From the IMG/VR virus record IMGVR_UViG_649989998_000001: a stretch of DNA of 8,585 nucleotides. One strand, given 5' to 3'. Below the pieces are notes generated by a model. The model searched no databases. It was not told the DNA's origin and saw only the letters and a program-made list of their open reading frames with translations. The stretch's first letter is position 1; each line of letters starts with the position of its first letter. Origin of the DNA: a virus. Its lineage: Duplodnaviria > Heunggongvirae > Uroviricota > Caudoviricetes. Of this stretch, positions 5,791 through 8,585 are shown piece by piece. The position numbers and the translations under genes were made by a program.

Positions 5791-5828
5791 CGGCTTTCTC
5801 CGGTGGCACGGTGTTACACAGCAGGAGT

Positions 5829-6116
5829 TCAATCCTGCTCAAGATTGTAGATGAGTTTATTCTTCAGCAAAAGCAGAAAACCAGCCTTAAAACCAATCTC
5901 TTTCAAAACCCGTAATGATGTGACAAATTCGTCCTCACGCAAAATAAAACCGTCCGTCAGAAGTCCATTACAAAAATAAAATAACACAGCACCGCTCTTC
6001 CTTTGTTGAGATTGCAAACATCTAATGCGGCAATGGCTGACAATCGCTCCATTCTCAACGCGCACAGCATAGAGGCCATTTTCACTAAAAATTTCACGCA
6101 ATTCTTCGATTTTCAT
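5829..6116 (-). CDS. Hypothetical protein, 95 aa (prophage orphan)
   Basis: ATG at 6116-6114 with GGAAGGA 9 nt upstream; co-directional with and 38 bp upstream of the next gene. Product MKIEELREIFSENGLYAVRVENGAIVSHCRIRCLQSQQRK... has no motif I recognise. Confidence 0.45.
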   Translation of the reverse strand: MKIEELREIFSENGLYAVRVENGAIVSHCRIRCLQSQQRKSGAVLFYFCNGLLTDGFILREDEFVTSLRVLKEIGFKAGFLLLLKNKLIYNLEQD

Positions 6117-6332
6117 CTTCAGAATCCTTCCAGATAAATAGCTCTCCCCTGTTCGGGGTCCACCCCTCTTCTCCCTGCGCGCTACTTAAGTGAGTCGATT
6201 CTATCTGCGAAGGTGCGCAAATCAAATTCACCGGAAATAAACAACTGAAGTGGCACACTGAATTTGGCCACCTGAACAGAGGTGATATGTGAGGTGTACT
6301 GGCAATAGCGGACACTACCATTTGTTCTTTTT

Positions 6333-7151
6333 TTAAGCAGCCATCTGATGATATTTTTCCCTGAAGGCTGCCGGGGAGATATTCCCCAGACGAGAGTGAC
6401 GACGCTGACGATTGTAGAAAATCTCAATGTATTCCCGTATTACTGAGATGGCTTCATCCCGGTTATTAAAACGATAGTGGCTCAGGCTCTCATTTTTCAG
6501 CGTTCCCCAGAAGCTTTCCATCGGAGCGTTGTCGTAACAGTTACCTTTACGCGACATTGATGTTTTCAGACCAAACTGCTCCTGTATGACCCGGTAATCG
6601 TATGCGCAGTACTGTGAACCTCGATCAGAGTGGTGGATTAGCCCGGCAGGTGGGCGCTGGCTCCTGAGCGCCATAAACAGGGCTTTACCTGTCAGCTCTT
6701 TTGTCATGCGCTCTCCCATGGCGTAGCCGACAATTTCGCACGTATAAACATCTTTGATGCCAGCGAGGTACAACCATCCCTCCTGTGTGGCAACATACGT
6801 CAGGTCCGCCACCCAGACCTGATTTGGTGCTGTAGGAGCGAACGTCTGGTTCAGCAGATTTGGCGCAACTGGCAGATTGTGGTTCGAGTTCGTAGTCGCT
6901 CTGAACTTGCGTTTCTGCTTACAGCGTAGCCTTAGCTCCTCACGAAGACGTGCCAGTCGGTCACGACCAACGATGATGCCATTCTCTGCCAGCTCCGTCT
7001 GGAGCCGCCGGGTTCCATATGTTTCGCGAGTGCGGATATGTGCCACCTTAATCTCCAGTTTTAGTCGCTCATCACTTTGTTTTCTGTCTGAGGGTTTATG
7101 CTGTACCCAGTTGTAATAACCGCTCCTGGATACACCAAATACCTGACACAT
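6333..7151 (-). CDS. IS600 OrfB (DDE transposase/integrase domain)
   Basis: 272-aa product MCQVFGVSRSGYYNWVQHKPSDRKQ...HHSDRGSQYCAYDYRVIQEQFGLKTSMSRKGNCYDNAPMESFWGTLKNE... with the IS3-family rve motif. Confidence 0.9.
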   Translation of the reverse strand: MCQVFGVSRSGYYNWVQHKPSDRKQSDERLKLEIKVAHIRTRETYGTRRLQTELAENGIIVGRDRLARLREELRLRCKQKRKFRATTNSNHNLPVAPNLLNQTFAPTAPNQVWVADLTYVATQEGWLYLAGIKDVYTCEIVGYAMGERMTKELTGKALFMALRSQRPPAGLIHHSDRGSQYCAYDYRVIQEQFGLKTSMSRKGNCYDNAPMESFWGTLKNESLSHYRFNNRDEAISVIREYIEIFYNRQRRHSRLGNISPAAFREKYHQMAA

Positions 7152-7186
7152 CGCTTCAATGGGAAATTGTTGTCGCCATTGTTCGA

Positions 7187-7489
7187 TTAACGCGTATTTT
7201 TCAGCGACTCCTGTGCAAAATACGCTGTTGCTTTTTTTAATATATCTCGCTCAAGGCGAGCTTCATTTAACGCCTTACGCAGTTGCAGAATTTCAGATTC
7301 CAGTTCAGCCACCGTGCGGGAACCAGGAGTACCGAGCCCTTTTCTGGCGGCGGTAACCCATTGTCCTAAAGTGCCTTCAGGAAGGGATAATCGGGAAGCG
7401 CCTTCACTGATCGAAAGTTGATTTTCAAGAACCATTCTGACAGCTTCGGCTTTGAACTCTTTAGAGTAACGTTGGGTTTTTCTGCTCAT
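7187..7489 (-). CDS. IS600 OrfA (HTH and leucine-zipper transposase N-terminal protein)
   Basis: 100-aa product MSRKTQRYSKEFKAEAVRMVLENQLSISEGASRLSLPEGTLGQWVTAARKG...LRKALNEARLERDILKKATAYFA... Confidence 0.9.
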   Translation of the reverse strand: MSRKTQRYSKEFKAEAVRMVLENQLSISEGASRLSLPEGTLGQWVTAARKGLGTPGSRTVAELESEILQLRKALNEARLERDILKKATAYFAQESLKNTR

Positions 7490-7555
7490 TATTAGCTCCT
7501 TCTGATACCATTCTATTTCAGGAAGGAGTGTCCGTTAAACTCAGGCTACCTCAGA

Positions 7556-7807
7556 ACACCACCCGAAGAGCGCGATCAGGCCGCCATTGATGCCCGTTGC
7601 AAAGAGTGCGACGCCCTGTTTGCCCTGCTCGATGCGGAACTGGCAAAAGTAAAATGGTTCTCTGGCGACGAGTTTGGTGTGGGCGATATTGCTATCGCAC
7701 CGTTCATCTACAATTTGTTTAACGTTGGCCTGACCTGGACACCGCCTCCAAATCTGCAACGCTGGTATCAGCAACTCACTGAACGCCCCGCAGTGCGCAA
7801 GTGGTGA
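7556..7807 (+). pseudogene. 3' fragment of a glutathione S-transferase gene (possibly gstB/yliJ-like), 5' part replaced by IS600
   Basis: In-frame translation from the IS600 boundary reads ...[80 protein letters not shown]-stop (stop 7805-7807), a GST C-terminal domain pattern. No start codon or N-terminal domain is present. Confidence 0.55.
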
Positions 7808-7820
7808 TGATTCTCGTTAG

Positions 7821-8003
7821 CTAATTGCGTGGGCTAACTTTAAGTAATTCCCCACTGGACTCGTCGGTGAGAACGTATAAATAACCGTCGGGTCCAGTGC
7901 GAACATCACGAATTCGCTGCCCTCTGTCCGTTAAAATACGGCCATCTTCTGTCACTTTGTCGCCGTTGACGCTCATCACAATGACATCTTTATCTTTCAG
8001 CGC
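7821..8003 (-). pseudogene. 3' fragment of a beta-propeller dehydrogenase gene (possibly yliI-like), 5' part replaced by IS600
   Basis: Minus-strand translation reads ...ALKDKDVIVMSVNGDKVTEDGRILTDRGQRIRDVRTGPDGYLYVLTDESSGELLKVSPRN-stop. The upstream codons of the ORF-track entry (MPVHLTYHL) are IS600-derived. It is convergent with the GST fragment, as yliI and gstB are in E. coli K-12 by my recollection. Confidence 0.45.
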
Positions 8004-8057
8004 GAGGTGATATGTGAGGTGTACTGGCAATAGCGGACACTACCATTTGTTCTTTTT

Positions 8058-8585
8058 TTAAGCAGCCATCTGATGATATTTTTCCCTGAAGGCTGCCGGG
8101 GAGATATTCCCCAGACGAGAGTGACGACGCTGACGATTGTAGAAAATCTCAATGTATTCCCGTATTACTGAGATGGCTTCATCCCGGTTATTAAAACGAT
8201 AGTGGCTCAGGCTCTCATTTTTCAGCGTTCCCCAGAAGCTTTCCATCGGAGCGTTGTCGTAACAGTTACCTTTACGCGACATTGATGTTTTCAGACCAAA
8301 CTGCTCCTGTATGACCCGGTAATCGTATGCGCAGTACTGTGAACCTCGATCAGAGTGGTGGATTAGCCCGGCAGGTGGGCGCTGGCTCCTGAGCGCTGGC
8401 TCCTGAGCGCCATAAACAGGGCTTTACCTGTCAGCTCTTTTGTCATGCGCTCTCCCATGGCGTAGCCGACAATTTCGCACGTATAAACATCTTTGATGCC
8501 AGCGAGGTACAACCATCCCTCCTGTGTGGCAACATACGTCAGGTCCGCCACCCAGACCTGATTTGGTGCTGTAGGAGCGAACGTC
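8058..8585 (-). pseudogene. IS600 orfB disrupted by a 14-bp frameshifting tandem duplication
   Basis: The ORF track splits orfB into two ORFs (8363-8551 and 8058-8282) on either side of the duplication; the upstream piece ends ...ALRSQRSGASAHLPG instead of ...ALRSQRPPAGLIHHSDRG... Confidence 0.75.
8383..8410. repeat. 14-bp tandem duplication TGGCTCCTGAGCGC x2 inside IS600 orfB
   Basis: Units at 8383-8396 and 8397-8410; the full copy has a single unit (around 6659-6672). Confidence 0.85.

Larger units (their letters stand above)
6279..7553 (-). mobile_element. IS600 (IS3 family), full-length copy (~1275 bp by my boundary estimate)
   Basis: Termini TGAGGTAGCCTGAG (reverse complement ending at 7553) and TGAGGTGATATGTGAGGTGTACTGG-type right end (boundary at 6279 set by comparison with the second copy at 8004); orfA and orfB products match IS600 as recalled. 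No 3-bp direct repeat at the flanks (ACA vs GAA). Confidence 0.9.
8004..8585 (-). mobile_element. IS600, second copy (right-end portion; continues beyond the window), same orientation as the full copy
   Basis: Matches 6279-6846 of the full copy at the segments compared, except for a 14-bp tandem duplication at 8383-8410. Confidence 0.85.

Noticed and set aside
6094-6427. Minus-strand ORFs 6094-6321 and 6182-6427
   Set aside because: Both cross the IS600 right terminus (6279) and are chimeric read-throughs. Only the 31 codons outside the IS might be a gene remnant (noted in findings).
7541-7774. Minus-strand ORF 7541-7774 (77 aa)
   Set aside because: Antisense to the GST C-terminal fragment, which gives a far more protein-like translation; the ORF starts inside the IS600 terminus.

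Overview
This 8.6 kb window reads as an IS-riddled remnant of a lambdoid prophage late-control region in an Escherichia/Shigella-type genome; nearly all coding is on the minus strand. From left to right: (1) the first ~288 codons of a Sel1-repeat protein gene with an AT-rich upstream region; (2) a nested insertion, a canonical-looking IS1 (766 bp, perfect 9-bp target duplication) sitting 29 bp inside the end of a divergent IS1-family element; (3) a very compact cluster of four tRNA genes (Ile2-CAU, Arg-UCU, Thr-UGU, and a Gly-UCC-like copy with a damaged acceptor stem); (4) prophage genes: an ORF6N-domain (antirepressor-like) gene, a Q-like antiterminator whose stop codon lies inside a near-consensus promoter followed by an intrinsic terminator, a YbcO-like (DUF1364) gene, a possibly DUF1367-like gene truncated by an IS600 fragment, and a 95-aa orphan; (5) IS600 in three pieces: a 225-bp left-end fragment, a full copy, and a partial copy at the window edge carrying a 14-bp tandem duplication in orfB; (6) a 450-bp chromosomal scrap between the two same-orientation IS600 copies holding only the 3' ends of two convergent genes (a glutathione S-transferase and a beta-propeller dehydrogenase). 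No CRISPR array, rRNA, toxin or lysis genes were seen. All family assignments come from reading translations and recalling motifs, with no database search run; coordinates of IS ends and tRNAs were derived by hand and may be off by 1-2 nt.
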